Shown here in pieces: positions 21,506-34,651 of a stretch of 64,000 bases of DNA. Made by a program: the position numbers and the translations under genes. The stretch is from an uncultured Chloroflexia bacterium (GTDB taxonomy: Bacteria > Chloroflexota > Anaerolineae > CG2-30-64-16): positions 367,289-431,288 of the forward strand of contig CAVZDU010000010.1 of the NCBI GenBank assembly GCA_963774265.1. The letters run 5' to 3'. The notes beneath the pieces were generated by a model that saw nothing but the letters and a program-made list of their open reading frames with translations, did not search any database and had not been told where the DNA came from. Each line of letters opens with the position of its first letter. The first letter of the stretch is position 1.

Positions 21506-22438
21506 TCAGCTGCGCGAATTGACGAGCAGCTGGAACACATCAGGTCGCGCATAATGCCCTGTTACGTCAAAGTCGAACCGTGCTCGTACAACCTCGCTCA
21601 TATCCAGATCTGCCACGAGCATGCCCTCCTCATCCCATAGCGGACCAGCGACATAGTCGCCGTAAGGCGATACGATCGCACTGCCCCCTCGGCAGAGCAC
21701 CTCGGGCAGGGCCGCCAGGTCGTCGATGCCGGGCAAGTCCCTCGGGTACATGGTCTTCGTGACGAATTGATTGCACCCCAACACGAAACATCGACCTTCG
21801 CACGCGATGTGCCGGAGTGTTGCCTGCCACGTGTCGCGGCTGTCGGCCGTCGGTGCAATGTACAGGTCGAGCCCTTTCTCGTACAATGCCGTCCGCGCAA
21901 GCGGCATATAATTCTCCCAGCAGATCAGCCCGCCCATTCGGCCGTAAAGCGTGTCCACAACTGTGAGTGTGGAACCATCGCCCTCACCCCAGACCAGCCG
22001 TTCAGCCGCCGTCGGCTTCAGTTTCCGGTGCCGGCCCAGCAGGCTTCCGTCCGGCCCGAAGTAGAGCACCGTGCAATAGAGCGTTCCTCGAGTGCCGCTC
22101 GTCTCTCGTTCTATGACTCCGATGGCCGCGTAAGCGCCGGCATCCTGGCAGGCTGAGGCCAGAGCAGCGACCGTCCTCGAGGGGACCTCGACCGCGTTTG
22201 CCCAGTAACGTTCCCATGTGCGCCGGCCTTCGGGGCTGCGGCTCCCGACGGTGACCCCGAAGCCGAGTCCGCGCGGATACGCGGGGATAAACGCCTCCGG
22301 GAACACGATTAGCTGGCTGCCGCGTGCCGCGGCCTCGCTGATCAAACGGCAAGCCTTCTCCGTCGTCGCTTCGCGGTCAAAAAGGCACGGTGCAGCCTGA
22401 ATAACGGCCGCTCGTACCCGGGGTAAAGCGTCACCCAT
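21506..22438 (-). CDS. Nitrilase (carbon-nitrogen hydrolase family)
   Basis: Catalytic Glu (VFPEAFIPAYP), Lys (HRKLKPTAAER), Cys (LICWENYMP); FDVTGHYARPD. Confidence 0.92.
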   Translation of the reverse strand: MGDALPRVRAAVIQAAPCLFDREATTEKACRLISEAAARGSQLIVFPEAFIPAYPRGLGFGVTVGSRSPEGRRTWERYWANAVEVPSRTVAALASACQDAGAYAAIGVIERETSGTRGTLYCTVLYFGPDGSLLGRHRKLKPTAAERLVWGEGDGSTLTVVDTLYGRMGGLICWENYMPLARTALYEKGLDLYIAPTADSRDTWQATLRHIACEGRCFVLGCNQFVTKTMYPRDLPGIDDLAALPEVLCRGGSAIVSPYGDYVAGPLWDEEGMLVADLDMSEVVRARFDFDVTGHYARPDVFQLLVNSRS

Positions 22439-22526
22439 GATTTCTCCTTGACGCAGCATTTTGTTCGTGATAGCATACCGGAACCTGGCGTCACTGTCAA
22501 CCTGATCGGTTTAGCAGGTCCCATTC

Positions 22527-23033
22527 ATGAGCGATATGCATCGACTTGAGGAATTAACCTTGGGGGCCACGCCGGTTTCCAGCTCACTCCTGGAACTGGG
22601 CATCCCTCACCGGGTCTTTCGTCATCTTACCCCCTTGAGTTCGCTGGAGCAGGCCGCCGTGGAGCGCGGGCAGCGACCGGAACAGGTTGTCCGGAGCATC
22701 GTCTTCAGAACGGCAGCGGGCGATTTCGTCATGGTTCTCGTCGCAGGTCCCGCCCAGATTGCCTGGCCCGCATTGCGGGAGTACTTGGGTCAGTCGCGGC
22801 TCACCACAGCAACCGAAGAGGAACTTCTCGTTGTGACTGGCTACACCAGGGGCGCGGTCGCTCCCTTTGCGCTTCCGGTTCCCATGCGCATCCTGGTCGA
22901 TCGCGGTGTGCTGGCAGAAGAGATCGTCTCCATGGGCTCAGGCATCCAGGGGACAACCGTCATCCTGCGCAGCGCAGACCTGCTCAATGGCTTGCCCGAT
23001 TCAGAGGTGGGCGCCTTCTCAACGGCCGGTTAG
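22527..23033 (+). CDS. YbaK/EbsC-like aminoacyl-tRNA editing protein
   Basis: [28 protein letters not shown]. Confidence 0.8.
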   Translation: MSDMHRLEELTLGATPVSSSLLELGIPHRVFRHLTPLSSLEQAAVERGQRPEQVVRSIVFRTAAGDFVMVLVAGPAQIAWPALREYLGQSRLTTATEEELLVVTGYTRGAVAPFALPVPMRILVDRGVLAEEIVSMGSGIQGTTVILRSADLLNGLPDSEVGAFSTAG

Positions 23034-23045
23034 CATCGTCTTTCT

Positions 23046-23074
23046 TTGACAATCCTCCCTCCTTCCCGTAAAAT
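23046..23074 (+). promoter_or_regulatory. Sigma70-type promoter for the alaS operon
   Basis: TTGACA-17 bp-TAAAAT, followed by a GC hairpin at 23083-23109. Confidence 0.75.
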
Positions 23075-23153
23075 GAAATCTTGCGCGCTGGCGGTTCGTT
23101 CCAGCGCGCCTTGAATTGACTAACAACCTGACCCTGATACGAGGTTTATACGC

Positions 23154-25930
23154 ATGACCCAAAAGCCCACCAGCGCGCAAATCCGGCAGCAGTTCTTGGA
23201 TTTCTTTCGCGGCAAGGGGCACCTTATCGTCCCAAGCGCATCCCTGGCTCCCGTTGGCGACCCGACCCTGCTGTTCACCAACGCCGGGATGAACCAGTTC
23301 AAGGATTACTTCCTCGCTCTGGCCGAGCCGGAGGCGCGCCGGGTCGCGGATGCGCAGAAGTGCATGCGCGTAAGCGGCAAGCACAACGACCTTGAGGACG
23401 TTGGTCGTTCGCCCTATCATCACACGCTATTCGAGATGCTTGGGAACTGGTCGTTCGGCGACTATTACAAAAAAGAGGCGATCAGCTGGGCGTGGGAGCT
23501 GCTCACCGAAGTATGGCGCCTGCCCAAAGAGCATCTCTGGTCCACCGTTTTTCACGATGACAAAGGGCAGGTTGAGCAGGATGACGAGGCCGCTGGGTAC
23601 TGGCGTTCTCAGACGGACATTAATCCGGAGCACATCCTCTTCTTTGGCCGCAAAGACAACTTCTGGGAAATGGGTGACACTGGGCCGTGTGGGCCGTGCA
23701 GTGAGATTCACCTCGACTTGGGTGCGGATCGATGCGACAAGAAGGATGTCCCTGGCCATGTCTGTCGCGTGAACGGCGATTGCCGTCGCTTCGTTGAACT
23801 GTGGAATCTGGTGTTCATCCAGTACAACCGTAGCGGCGAGGGCGAGTTGTCACCCTTGCCTGCACGGCATGTGGACACCGGCATGGGATTCGAGCGTATC
23901 GTGGGCGTCTTGCAGGGGACCCGGAGCAACTACGACACGGATCTGTTCGCACCTATCATCGCCGCCACACAGAAGCTGCTGGCCGAGGCCGGGATAGATC
24001 GCGATGTGACACAGGACTCGAAGACGAGCGGCGTCGCGTATCGTACCACGTCATCGCTGACCATTCCCGGGCGATCACCTTCTTGATCGGCGACGGTGTG
24101 ATGCCAGCGAACGAGGGCCGCGGATACGTGCTGCGGCTGATTCTGCGCCGGGCTGCGCGGCATGGCCGCATGCTGGGCTTCACCAGGCCATTCCTCGCCG
24201 AACTGGCTAAAACCGTTATCGAACTTATGGGCCCCCACTATGATGAATTGATCCGGCGCCGCGAGTTCATCTTGTCCAACATCGAGCAAGAAGAGAGCCG
24301 TTTTAGCACGACGCTGATGAACGGACTGGCCTTGTTGGACGAGCTGGTTGCGGAAGTAAAGGTGCGCGGAGAAACCCGCATCCCGGGCCAGGACGCGTTT
24401 CGACTTTATGACACCCATGGCTTCCCTCTCGACCTCACGCAGGATGTCGCGCGCGAGCAGGGCCTCACGGTCGACGTGGACGGTTTCAAGGTCGCGCTCA
24501 ACGAGCAGAAGGAGCGCGCCCGCGCGTCCGCCCAGTTCGCCGGCCATACAGGCGACTCGGTGCAGGTCTACCTTGACCTGTTGCGCGATTTAAAGGCTGA
24601 CGGCGTGCTTGCGGCGAGCGGCGTTAACCATCGACCTTATGAGGACTTTGAGCTGGAGACCACCGTCGCGGCGATTATTCGCGAGGGCCAGCGCGTCCGA
24701 TCGGCCCGACTCGGCGATAAGGTCGAAATCATTACGCCTGAGACGCCGTTCTATGTGGAATCTGGCGGGCAGGTGGCCGATACGGGTTTCATCACGCGCT
24801 ACGCAGGCGAGAGCGAAGACATTGTCTGGGAGGTCACGATCCACGATACGCGCAAACCCGTGGCCGGCATGATCGTCCATGCAGGTGAGGTGACCCTCGG
24901 GTTGCCTCAGGTGGGTGATCCTTGCTGGGCCGAGGTCGATTTTGATCGTCGGCTGGATATCATGCGCAACCATACTGCGACGCACGTTCTCCACCGCGAG
25001 TTGCGCAACCTGCTCGGCGAGCACGTGCATCAGGCCGGCTCGGTCGTTGCCCCGGAACGCCTCCGCTTCGACTTTACCCATTCCTCCATGTTGACCCAGG
25101 ACGAGCTGGATGAGATTGAAGCCGGTGTAAACGATGTCGTCCTTGAGGATTACCCGGTCAACTTCGAGCAAATGGCTTACAAAGAGGCGGTGTCCGGTGG
25201 GGCCACGGCGCTCTTCACCGAAAAGTACGGTGATGAAGTGCGTGTCATCGAAATCGGTTGGGAGGATGAAACCTACTCGAAGGAATTGTGTGGCGGGACC
25301 CATGTGTCTCACACCGGCGAGATAGCGTTCTTCCACATCGTTTCCGAAGAGAGCATCGGCGCTGGCGTGCGGCGTATCGAAGCAGTGACCGGACGTGAGG
25401 CGCAGCGCCTGGCTCAAGAGCGCCTGCGGCTGCTCGATCAAACCGCTGCGATTTTGCGCGTGCCGGCCGATCAGGTGGATCGCGCAGTGCGCAACCTCTA
25501 CGTGGATTTGCAGTCGGCGCAAAAGGAAAGCGCCCGGCTGAGGGCGCAGCTTGCCATGCAGCAGACCGACCGCTTGATCGCCGCAGCTGTGGAGGTGAAC
25601 GGCGCCAGGGTCGTGGCGGCCGAGATCCCCGACGCTGAGATACAAACACTCCGCGACATGAGCGACAAGTTCCGCGATGAGTTGGGCTCTGCCGTGGTGG
25701 TGCTTGCGACGGCAGTCGACGATAAGCCGCAATTCATCGCCGCTGTGACAGACGACCTGTTGAGCCGCGGCGCACACGCGGGCGAGCTCGTCAAGGCCGT
25801 TGCCCGCGTGGTGGGCGGAGGCGGCGGCGGCCGTCCCGGTTTGGCTCAGGCGGGAGGCCGCGACCTGTCGAAGCTGCGTGAGGCGTTGGATCAGGTCCCC
25901 GATTTGGTGCGACAGCAACTGAAGAAATGA
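23154..25930 (+). CDS. alaS: Alanine-tRNA ligase (frameshift ~24045)
   Basis: [56 protein letters not shown]. Confidence 0.97.
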
Positions 25931-27516
25931 CCATCAAGCATGTCATAGCTGGGGCTGAGAACACGCTGGCCGGCGCGATCGCGGCACTTCGTGTCACCCC
26001 CCAGGGTGAGCGGATACTTTTCGTCCTGCCGCCTGATGTGCAACTGGATGCCGCGGCGCTTCGGGTCATTCGCCGTGAAGCCGCGACCAGGGACATTAGC
26101 GTGGCGTTGGTGACCCGACACCCCGGCACGCGCATGGCTGCCTCACATGAAGGAATCAGCAGCTTCCGTGATGCCGCGCGAGCAGAAAGTGCCCGATGGC
26201 ACCGGGTGACACTGCCGAAAAGCCCCCGTCGTTCGGGGCCCCTTGATGGCGAGGTCGTCGCGCCCTTGCCCGCTGGACTTTTCCAGAAGAGGTCACCCTC
26301 CGGCTTTCGGCCTTTCTTCTTCGTACGATCGTTCGCACGTAAGTCCAGTCCGTGGTGGACCACGTTGATGCTGGTGCTCGCACTGGGGCTGTTCATGGGC
26401 GGGTTGCTGGTAGCGCTCAGCATTATCGTCCCGGCCGCCGAGATTACGGTCACGCCCGGCGCAGAACCGGTCGAGGCAACGGTCCAGCTGCGCGCAATCC
26501 CTGATGTCCGCGCCGATCTTGAAGCAGGTATCGTGCCGGCACAGATCGTCAGCACCCAAGTCTCAGGTGAGGCGCGCACGCGTACCACTGGACGTCGTCC
26601 GGAACCCGCAACCAGGTCGCGCGGCCGCGTCGTCTTCATCAATCGGACGAGCCGCCAGATTAACATACCGCAGGGGACGATCGTATCGACCGCAACGGGC
26701 AACAACGCCCAGTTCGGGACGGTCGGCCCTGTAGATCTCGCCCCCAGCGGTCGTGTCATCGCCACCGTGGAGGCGTTGTTGCCCGGTCCGAACGGTAACG
26801 CGCGTGCTGGCACCGTTACGCGTGTGGAGGGCTCTCTTTCGCTCTCGATCGCGGTCTCTAACGACGCTGGCTTTGCCGGCGGCACCACTGCACCACAGCC
26901 CGTTGTGACGGAAGAGGACAAGATCCGCCTGCAAGCCCAGCTGCTCGAGGAACTGAAGGTACAGGCGCTTGAGAAGTTGTTGGAGCGTGATGCGAAAGGC
27001 AGCTTCATTTCGCCGGATTCGATCAGTGTCCTGCCCTTGTCGCCCACATTCACGCCTTTCGTCGGTGAGGTCTCAGACGAGTTGTTCCTGAGTATGAGCG
27101 TGCAAGCTGTGGGCCTGGCCGTGAACCAGGCCGATGCCAATACGGCTGCCTTGAGCGCGCTTCAGGCAGCGATGCCACGGGCGACGCGGCTTATCTCAGA
27201 CACGGTGCGTTTCATCCCTGGCTCAGTGACCGCAGCAGGCGACGGAAGTATCGGCTTCTCAGTCACTGCGAAGGGAACGCTCTTGCGATCGCCTGACACA
27301 AGCGCGGTCCGCCACGCGGTTTTGGGCATGGCGCCTGCAGAGTCAGTCAAGGCTTTGCAGGGGCGATTTGCGCTCGCAGATGCCCCTCAGATCGAGCTTG
27401 GTCCAGACTGGTTGCCCTATTTGACCCCGGCCAACCTGCCATCGCTGCCGTGGCGCATTCGTGTCGTGGTCGATTGGGATGGGGCGGCCCGGATCGCCAT
27501 GCGGAAAACCGGGTGA
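25927..27516 (+). CDS. Single-TM protein with an extracytoplasmic baseplate-J/gp47-like domain
   Basis: TM segment WWTTLMLVLALGLFMGGLLVAL; GRVVFIN...IPQGTIV...VEALLPGPNGN...VSNDAGFAGG; coupled to alaS by an ATGA overlap. Confidence 0.65.
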   Translation: MTIKHVIAGAENTLAGAIAALRVTPQGERILFVLPPDVQLDAAALRVIRREAATRDISVALVTRHPGTRMAASHEGISSFRDAARAESARWHRVTLPKSPRRSGPLDGEVVAPLPAGLFQKRSPSGFRPFFFVRSFARKSSPWWTTLMLVLALGLFMGGLLVALSIIVPAAEITVTPGAEPVEATVQLRAIPDVRADLEAGIVPAQIVSTQVSGEARTRTTGRRPEPATRSRGRVVFINRTSRQINIPQGTIVSTATGNNAQFGTVGPVDLAPSGRVIATVEALLPGPNGNARAGTVTRVEGSLSLSIAVSNDAGFAGGTTAPQPVVTEEDKIRLQAQLLEELKVQALEKLLERDAKGSFISPDSISVLPLSPTFTPFVGEVSDELFLSMSVQAVGLAVNQADANTAALSALQAAMPRATRLISDTVRFIPGSVTAAGDGSIGFSVTAKGTLLRSPDTSAVRHAVLGMAPAESVKALQGRFALADAPQIELGPDWLPYLTPANLPSLPWRIRVVVDWDGAARIAMRKTG

Positions 27517-27522
27517 GATAGC

Positions 27523-27984
27523 ATGGCCATTCTGGCTGAGCCCTTTGACTTGCCTCCCGGTCGCCTGCTGGCACTGGACCTGGGCCAGGCGCGCACCGGC
27601 GTGGCTGTCTGCGACGAAGCCGGGCTGCTCGCCTCGCCATTGACCGTCCTTCGGCGCCATCCGACTCGTGCGGAAGACTTCGCCGAAATCGCCGCGCTGG
27701 TCCGGCGCGAAGGGGCGGTGGGGGTGGTTGTGGGTCTGCCGTCGACAGGCGGCGCGGGCGATGGGGCCGCGGAAGAAGGGGCACAGGCTCGCTGGACAGT
27801 TCGCTACGCGGGCCGGCTCGCTGGCGGCCTCCCCGTTCCGGTCGTATTTTGGGATGAGACGCTGACGTCTGTAGATGCCGCCGAGCTCCTCCACGAGGGT
27901 GGCGGCAAGGCAGGAATCGACGCGGCCGCGGCTGCGCTGATCCTGGCCGACTATCTTGATTCTCGAAGGAAGAAGGCCCACTGA
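27523..27984 (+). CDS. ruvX: YqgF/RuvX family RNase H-fold nuclease
   Basis: LALDLGQARTGVAVCD, VVGLP, WDETLTS, IDAAAAALIL. Confidence 0.92.
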   Translation: MAILAEPFDLPPGRLLALDLGQARTGVAVCDEAGLLASPLTVLRRHPTRAEDFAEIAALVRREGAVGVVVGLPSTGGAGDGAAEEGAQARWTVRYAGRLAGGLPVPVVFWDETLTSVDAAELLHEGGGKAGIDAAAAALILADYLDSRRKKAH

Positions 27985-29194
27985 TGGTCCATCGGGTGCT
28001 TCGCCTGCTCTTGCGTTTTCTGCTTTTCCTGGTCCCACTCACGGCACTGGTTGTGCTCGGATTTGTGGTGGTCAGTTTCGTCTCCGCGCAGCTCGAAGAT
28101 GTGCCGGCTGCTCCTGAAGTCGCCTTGCTGCAGCCTGCTTCCGAGCAGCCGCTTGACATAAGCCCGGAGACGATCGAGCAGCGGGTGGTCGGTCTCTATC
28201 TGCGCACGCAGCAGGCCGTTATCGACACGCCTGCGAGCGCAAACGTGGAGCGTCGCATCTTCACAATCGAGCCAGGCGAAACGGCGCTAACCGTGGCGAC
28301 GCGACTGGAAGAGGAAGGCTACGTTACGGATAGCAACATCTTCCGGCTCTACATGCGCCAAAACGGTATCGACCAGAAACTGGCCGCAGGTGATTTCGAG
28401 AATCTCACCCAGCATGTCGATGGTTGAGATTGCGGATCGCTTGCAGCGCGCGCGCTACGAGGAGATCGTATTTACTGTGCCTGAAGGGCTGCGCGGCGGA
28501 GGAAGTGGCTGAACTCCTGGACGTTCAAGGGGTCATGGATGGTGCGGCCTTTTTGGCCACGGTGCAGGGCGGCAGCGCATCGGCCGGTGCTATAGGTGAC
28601 TATGACTGGCTGCCTGCTGGCCTGACCACGCTGGAGGGCTACCTGTTCCCCGATACGTACCGTCTGCCTGTGCCCACTCAGCCGTCTGACTTGATCCGGC
28701 GTATGCTTGACAACTTCGAATCCAAGGTGACCGAGGAGGTCCTCGCGCCGGCACGGCAAGCCGGCCGCAGTGTGGAACAGGTCGTCATCATGGCATCCAT
28801 CATCGAGCGCGAGGCGCCGCTTGCAGATGAGCGGCCGTTGGTGGCCAGCGTGTACTGGAACCGCGCGAGCGGTGCATGCAGTAAGGAAACGGGCGGTGCG
28901 TACCTGCAAGCCGATCCCACCGTGCAGTATGCTGCGGGCCGTGCAGGTGAGTGGTGGTGGAAGCCGCCAAGCGTAGAGGCTTACTCGACCGTGCAGTCGC
29001 CCTACAACACCTATCTGCGCCCGGGCCTTCCTCCTGCGGCCATCGCCAGCCCTGGCTTTTCCGCGATTGAAGCTGCCGTGAAGCCCGCCGAAACGCGGTA
29101 TTGCTTCTTCGTCGCGACAGGCGAGAATGGCGGTCACGTCTTCGCTGCAACGCTTGCCGAACATCAGGCGAACATCGCCACGTATCAGAAGTGA
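27984..29194 (+). CDS. mltG: Endolytic transglycosylase MltG (frameshifts ~28400-28500)
   Basis: LEGYLFPDTY, MASIIEREA, LQADPTVQY, SPYNTY..PGLPP. Confidence 0.92.
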
Positions 29195-29745
29195 TGCGTC
29201 TTCGAATTGCCCGGCGACTCAGTGTTGCGATTCCCGCTCTCCTGTTTCTGCTGTCTTTTTCGGCCGCATGTACGCTTCCTGGTGACGCTGCGCCTGTCAT
29301 TAAGCTCGGCGTCATCGCACCATTCGAGGGTGAGGGCCGCCCGTTGGGCTATGCAATTCTGCCCGCGATTAAGTCCGCGGTTGCGGACGCGAATGCCAGC
29401 GGCGACTTGGGCGGTTTTCGCGTGAGCATGGTCGCGCTCGATGATAGCATGGACCCCGCCGCGGCGGCTCAACAGGCCAAAGCTCTCTCCCTGGACCCCG
29501 ACGTGCTCGCCGTAATTGGCCCCTTCTCAATGGAGGCCGCGGACGCTGTCGAGCCTGTCCTGGCGGCCGCTGTCATCCCAAGCGTGCCTGTTATCACCGC
29601 TGTGCCGGCCCAGGGAAATTACGTTGAGGAGATCACGGGGGCAAAAGAGGCGGCCAACGCCGTTTTGCGGGCGCTGGCCGCCGATATCGCCAAACGTGGC
29701 CGGCCCAGCCGATCCGGTATCTCAATCGAGCTTGCCGCTCCCTAA
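29194..29745 (+). CDS. Short lipoprotein resembling the N-terminal lobe of branched-chain amino-acid ABC binding proteins
   Basis: Lipobox SAAC, IKLGVIAPFEG, VALDD, VLAVIGP. Confidence 0.6.
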   Translation: MRLRIARRLSVAIPALLFLLSFSAACTLPGDAAPVIKLGVIAPFEGEGRPLGYAILPAIKSAVADANASGDLGGFRVSMVALDDSMDPAAAAQQAKALSLDPDVLAVIGPFSMEAADAVEPVLAAAVIPSVPVITAVPAQGNYVEEITGAKEAANAVLRALAADIAKRGRPSRSGISIELAAP

Positions 29746-29760
29746 CGGCTCACCGCCGGC

Positions 29761-31083
29761 TCACTGCCGGATCACCGTGTGAATCAAGGGGGGCGCAGGG
29801 ACCGGTTCGTGGCTGATCTGAATGGCGCCGCTTAGCCTCCTCAGCGCGGCATCCTGGCTTGCCTGATTGGCCGCATGCACCCACAGCAACGGTGCTCCAC
29901 GGGACACGCGCTTTCCAACCTTGGTCCCTTGGGCGAGAACGACGCCTACTGCTGGATCGATTGAGTCTTCCTTGCGTGCGCGCCCGCCGCCCAGGTCCAC
30001 GACCGTGTACCCCACCTCCCGCGCATCGACTTGTGCAATAAAGCCGGTGGCCGGTGACAACAAGGGCGCGATAAGCGGCGCAGCCGGCAATCGTTCGGGT
30101 TGGTCCACGCACCTCAAATCGCCTCCCTGTGCAGCGACGAACGCACGGAACATCGCCCACGCGGACCCATCCTCAAGTGTCCTGCGCGCCGCCTCAGCCG
30201 CATCCGCCGGATCCGCCGGATCGCTCGTTTTGTCAGCAATCAACAACATCTCCCGCGCCACGTCCACGCAGTGATCCCGGAAATCCGCAGGCCCCCTCCC
30301 GTGGAGCGTCTCCACCGCTTCCTTTACCTCTAGAGCGTTCCCGACTGCGAGACCCAATGGCTGGCTCATGTCGCCGATCAGGGCGCTCATTTTGCGGCCT
30401 AAGTGTTGCCCGATCTGCACCATGAGCTCCGCCAGCTCCGTGGCTTCCGCAACTGTCTCCATGAACGCGCCCTGTCCCACTTTTACATCGAGGACGATGG
30501 CATCGGCGCCCGCCGCGATCTTTTTGGACATGATCGAACTTGCGATGAGTGGCAGGGAGGGCACCGTTCCCGTGACATCGCGTAACGTGTACATCTTTCC
30601 GTCCGCCGGCGCCAGCTCCTGCGTCTGGCCTGCCACCACCAGTCCGACTTCTTTGAGTTGCTTTTTGAATTGCTCGAGGGTGAGCTGGGCGGAGAACCCA
30701 GGGATTGACTCCAGCTTATCGAGTGTCCCGCCTGAATACGACAGGCCCCTGCCCGACATCTTTCCCACCGGAACCCCGAGTGAGGCAACCATCGGTCCGA
30801 CCACCAGGGTGGTCTTGTCGCCGACCCCTCCTGATGAGTGTTTGTCGACGATGAAGGGAAGCGTATCGTGCAGATCGAGCGTGGCGCCCGAGAATGCCAT
30901 TGCCTCGGCCAACCTGGCCGTCTCTGCCGCGCCCATGCCCCGGAAGTAAACTGCCATCGCCCATGCAGCCGCCTGGTAATCGGGTATGTCGCCGGCGACG
31001 TATCCTTTCACGAAGAACTCGATCTCCTCGCGGGTCAGTTCCCCGCCATCACGTTTCTTGGTAATTATATCGACAGTACGCAT
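29761..31083 (-). CDS. pdp: Pyrimidine-nucleoside/thymidine phosphorylase
   Basis: [40 protein letters not shown]. Confidence 0.95.
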   Translation of the reverse strand: MRTVDIITKKRDGGELTREEIEFFVKGYVAGDIPDYQAAAWAMAVYFRGMGAAETARLAEAMAFSGATLDLHDTLPFIVDKHSSGGVGDKTTLVVGPMVASLGVPVGKMSGRGLSYSGGTLDKLESIPGFSAQLTLEQFKKQLKEVGLVVAGQTQELAPADGKMYTLRDVTGTVPSLPLIASSIMSKKIAAGADAIVLDVKVGQGAFMETVAEATELAELMVQIGQHLGRKMSALIGDMSQPLGLAVGNALEVKEAVETLHGRGPADFRDHCVDVAREMLLIADKTSDPADPADAAEAARRTLEDGSAWAMFRAFVAAQGGDLRCVDQPERLPAAPLIAPLLSPATGFIAQVDAREVGYTVVDLGGGRARKEDSIDPAVGVVLAQGTKVGKRVSRGAPLLWVHAANQASQDAALRRLSGAIQISHEPVPAPPLIHTVIRQ

Positions 31084-31191
31084 CTTTTTCCAAGTCCTTC
31101 CCGTGTAGATGGAACGCGTTTGGCTCAGCATACCCCGCCCTGGGGGTGGTGTCAACCAGGAAGTTGCGTGATTTTGTCTAGTAATTACTAC

Positions 31192-31219
31192 TTGCTTTTT
31201 GTTGGCAACGGTGTATAAT
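31192..31219 (+). promoter_or_regulatory. Probable trmFO promoter in the AT-rich divergent region
   Basis: TTGCTT-16 bp-TATAAT. Confidence 0.5.
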
Positions 31220-31302
31220 GCGCGGCGATCGACAAATATTAGCGTTACTTTTTGCACGTCAGATCGTCATTCTTATCAAAACCGCACGCGATTTGAGGGA
31301 GA

Positions 31303-32711
<1,409 letters not shown>

Positions 32712-32793
32712 ATAAATGAGTGTGCAAGGCGCAATAACTGATCCAAAGAGGTCACGAAAGTATAATTGTGATTGAACTTGACTTGAAGACCTA

Positions 32794-32822
32794 TTGCGTT
32801 CGCGCGGAACATGTGCTACAAT
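32794..32822 (+). promoter_or_regulatory. Probable promoter for the first LysM gene
   Basis: TTGCGT-17 bp-TACAAT with extended TG. Confidence 0.55.
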
Positions 32823-32926
32823 TCGCGCGAGAGTTGTCCTATTACTTGTGAGCCTGCCTGAGTATGGCGCACCGTGTCCCAATTAGGCGCTTTGTCGGGC
32901 TCACTGGCGATGTGAAGGAGGGTCGT

Positions 32927-34651
32927 ATGCGAATTTTGAAGAACCGCCGGCGTCTCATGTCGCTGGCGCTTGCCCTCGCAATCCTCGTAAGCCTGACGCT
33001 TGGCAGCGCCACGGGTCTTGCCGTGACCACCATGGACGTGATTCATAATGGCAGCTTCGAGGATGGCTTCGTTATGGTTCCCGGTTGTGGGATGGTCGGC
33101 GCGGGATGGGGCTGCTTCACCAACGGCGGCAGCGCTGCGTATGGCTTTTATGATGATCAGTGGCAACCGGTCGTGGCCGATGGCCTGCACAGCCAGTTGA
33201 TCGAGATCAATACCAAACAATTTGCTGCATCTGAGCCGGACCGCTTTGCCGGCATTTATCAGACCGTTGCGTTGAGCAGAGGCTCGGTCTACACCCTACA
33301 GCTCAAGGGTGGCATGCGCGAGCAGGATCCGGATCCGACGGAAGAAAAGTACCGCTACCGTGTGCAGTGGGGCTACACCACCGATGGTTCGCCGGACTGG
33401 ACGCAGGTGACAAACTGGGTTGAGTTGCCGTGGGACAAGATCGATGAACGTACGGCCCCCACCGGTTTGCAGAGCTTCGCCACCTCCTTCATAGCGCCAG
33501 GTCCGAAGGTCACGCTGTTTATCCGCGCGTGGAAGAAGTGGGGCAATGCCTACAAGGAGCTGGACGTCAACATCGACGCGGTGAGCCTGACAGGACAGGT
33601 GGTGAAGCGCCCGCATGAGTTGGCCGGTTCCGTTGTGGTGCTTCCCGGCGCGCCTGTGGACGGACCGCATCGTATCCCGGACGCCAGGCCAGCGCCGGTC
33701 GAGGTCGCCCCTGTACCGCTGGTTTGTGGTGGCGCATCAGTGCTTTCCAACGGCGATTTTGAGGGCGGCTTCGTTAACGGCGTAGGCAAGTACTGGCAGG
33801 CATTCAACAATGGCGGGGCTGCCGGCTACGGTTTCTACGATGAGATGTGGAAGCCGGTGGTCAAGGATGGCCTGCACGGTCAGTTGATCGAGATCAACAC
33901 CTGGGGACTGGCCGCCTCTCAGCCTGACCGGTTTGCGGGCATCTACCAGGCCGTCTGGGGTCTGACAGCCGGCGCGACCTATGAGATTTCGGCCTTTGGC
34001 ATGCTGCGCGAGGATTCGGTTCACCCCATGGAGGATCCGTTCAGCTACCGCGTGCAGTGGGGTTATGCGCCGGCAGACCTGGACCCGAGCGAGGCGGACA
34101 TCACAAATTGGTCGGAGCTGCCCTGGGATACGGTCTATGTACGCACCGCTCCCGGCAGCATGTCTTCGTTCAGTGCTCGCTTCACCGCCCCAGCCGGCAA
34201 GGTGGTCGTTGCCTTCAGAGCGTGGAAGAAGTGGGGCACGGCACAGCGTGAGCTGGATGTGAACCTGGATGCGATCAAGCTGGTGGGTTGCTCGACGCCC
34301 GAAACCAGCCATCCGCCGGTCGACCCTGGAACCTGCCACCACAGCATTCAGTCCGGCGACGCATTGGCCGCCATCGCCAGAGACTATGGTACGACCGTGG
34401 ATCACCTGGCGGCGACGAACGGCATACGCAATCCGAATATCCTGGTCCTGGGTCAGCGGCTCGTGGTGCCCTGTAAGGGTGCGGAGCCGAAGCCGCCCAG
34501 CGACGCGTGTACGTGGTACGCAGTGCAGCGCGGTGACACTCTCACTAAGGTGGCGGCGAAGTACGGGTCGACTGTGCAAGCGATCGCGCAGCGCAATGGT
34601 CTTCGCAACGTCAACCTGATCTACGTGGGGCAGCGACTCTGCGTTCCTTGA
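32927..34651 (+). CDS. Secreted protein with two tandem CBM-like domains and two C-terminal LysM domains
   Basis: Signal peptide; duplicated NG.FE.GF...SQLIEINT...RAWKKWG...ELDVN.DA domain; LysM motifs IQSGDALAAIA and VQRGDTLTKVA. Confidence 0.85.
   Translation: MRILKNRRRLMSLALALAILVSLTLGSATGLAVTTMDVIHNGSFEDGFVMVPGCGMVGAGWGCFTNGGSAAYGFYDDQWQPVVADGLHSQLIEINTKQFAASEPDRFAGIYQTVALSRGSVYTLQLKGGMREQDPDPTEEKYRYRVQWGYTTDGSPDWTQVTNWVELPWDKIDERTAPTGLQSFATSFIAPGPKVTLFIRAWKKWGNAYKELDVNIDAVSLTGQVVKRPHELAGSVVVLPGAPVDGPHRIPDARPAPVEVAPVPLVCGGASVLSNGDFEGGFVNGVGKYWQAFNNGGAAGYGFYDEMWKPVVKDGLHGQLIEINTWGLAASQPDRFAGIYQAVWGLTAGATYEISAFGMLREDSVHPMEDPFSYRVQWGYAPADLDPSEADITNWSELPWDTVYVRTAPGSMSSFSARFTAPAGKVVVAFRAWKKWGTAQRELDVNLDAIKLVGCSTPETSHPPVDPGTCHHSIQSGDALAAIARDYGTTVDHLAATNGIRNPNILVLGQRLVVPCKGAEPKPPSDACTWYAVQRGDTLTKVAAKYGSTVQAIAQRNGLRNVNLIYVGQRLCVP

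Noticed and set aside
23075-23153. T-box riboswitch upstream of alaS
   Set aside because: The leader is only about 75 nt with one hairpin; no T-box consensus or terminator is seen.
25927-27516. Prophage or contractile injection system implied by the baseplate-like domain
   Set aside because: No other phage, tail or integrase genes, and the gene is coupled within a housekeeping operon.
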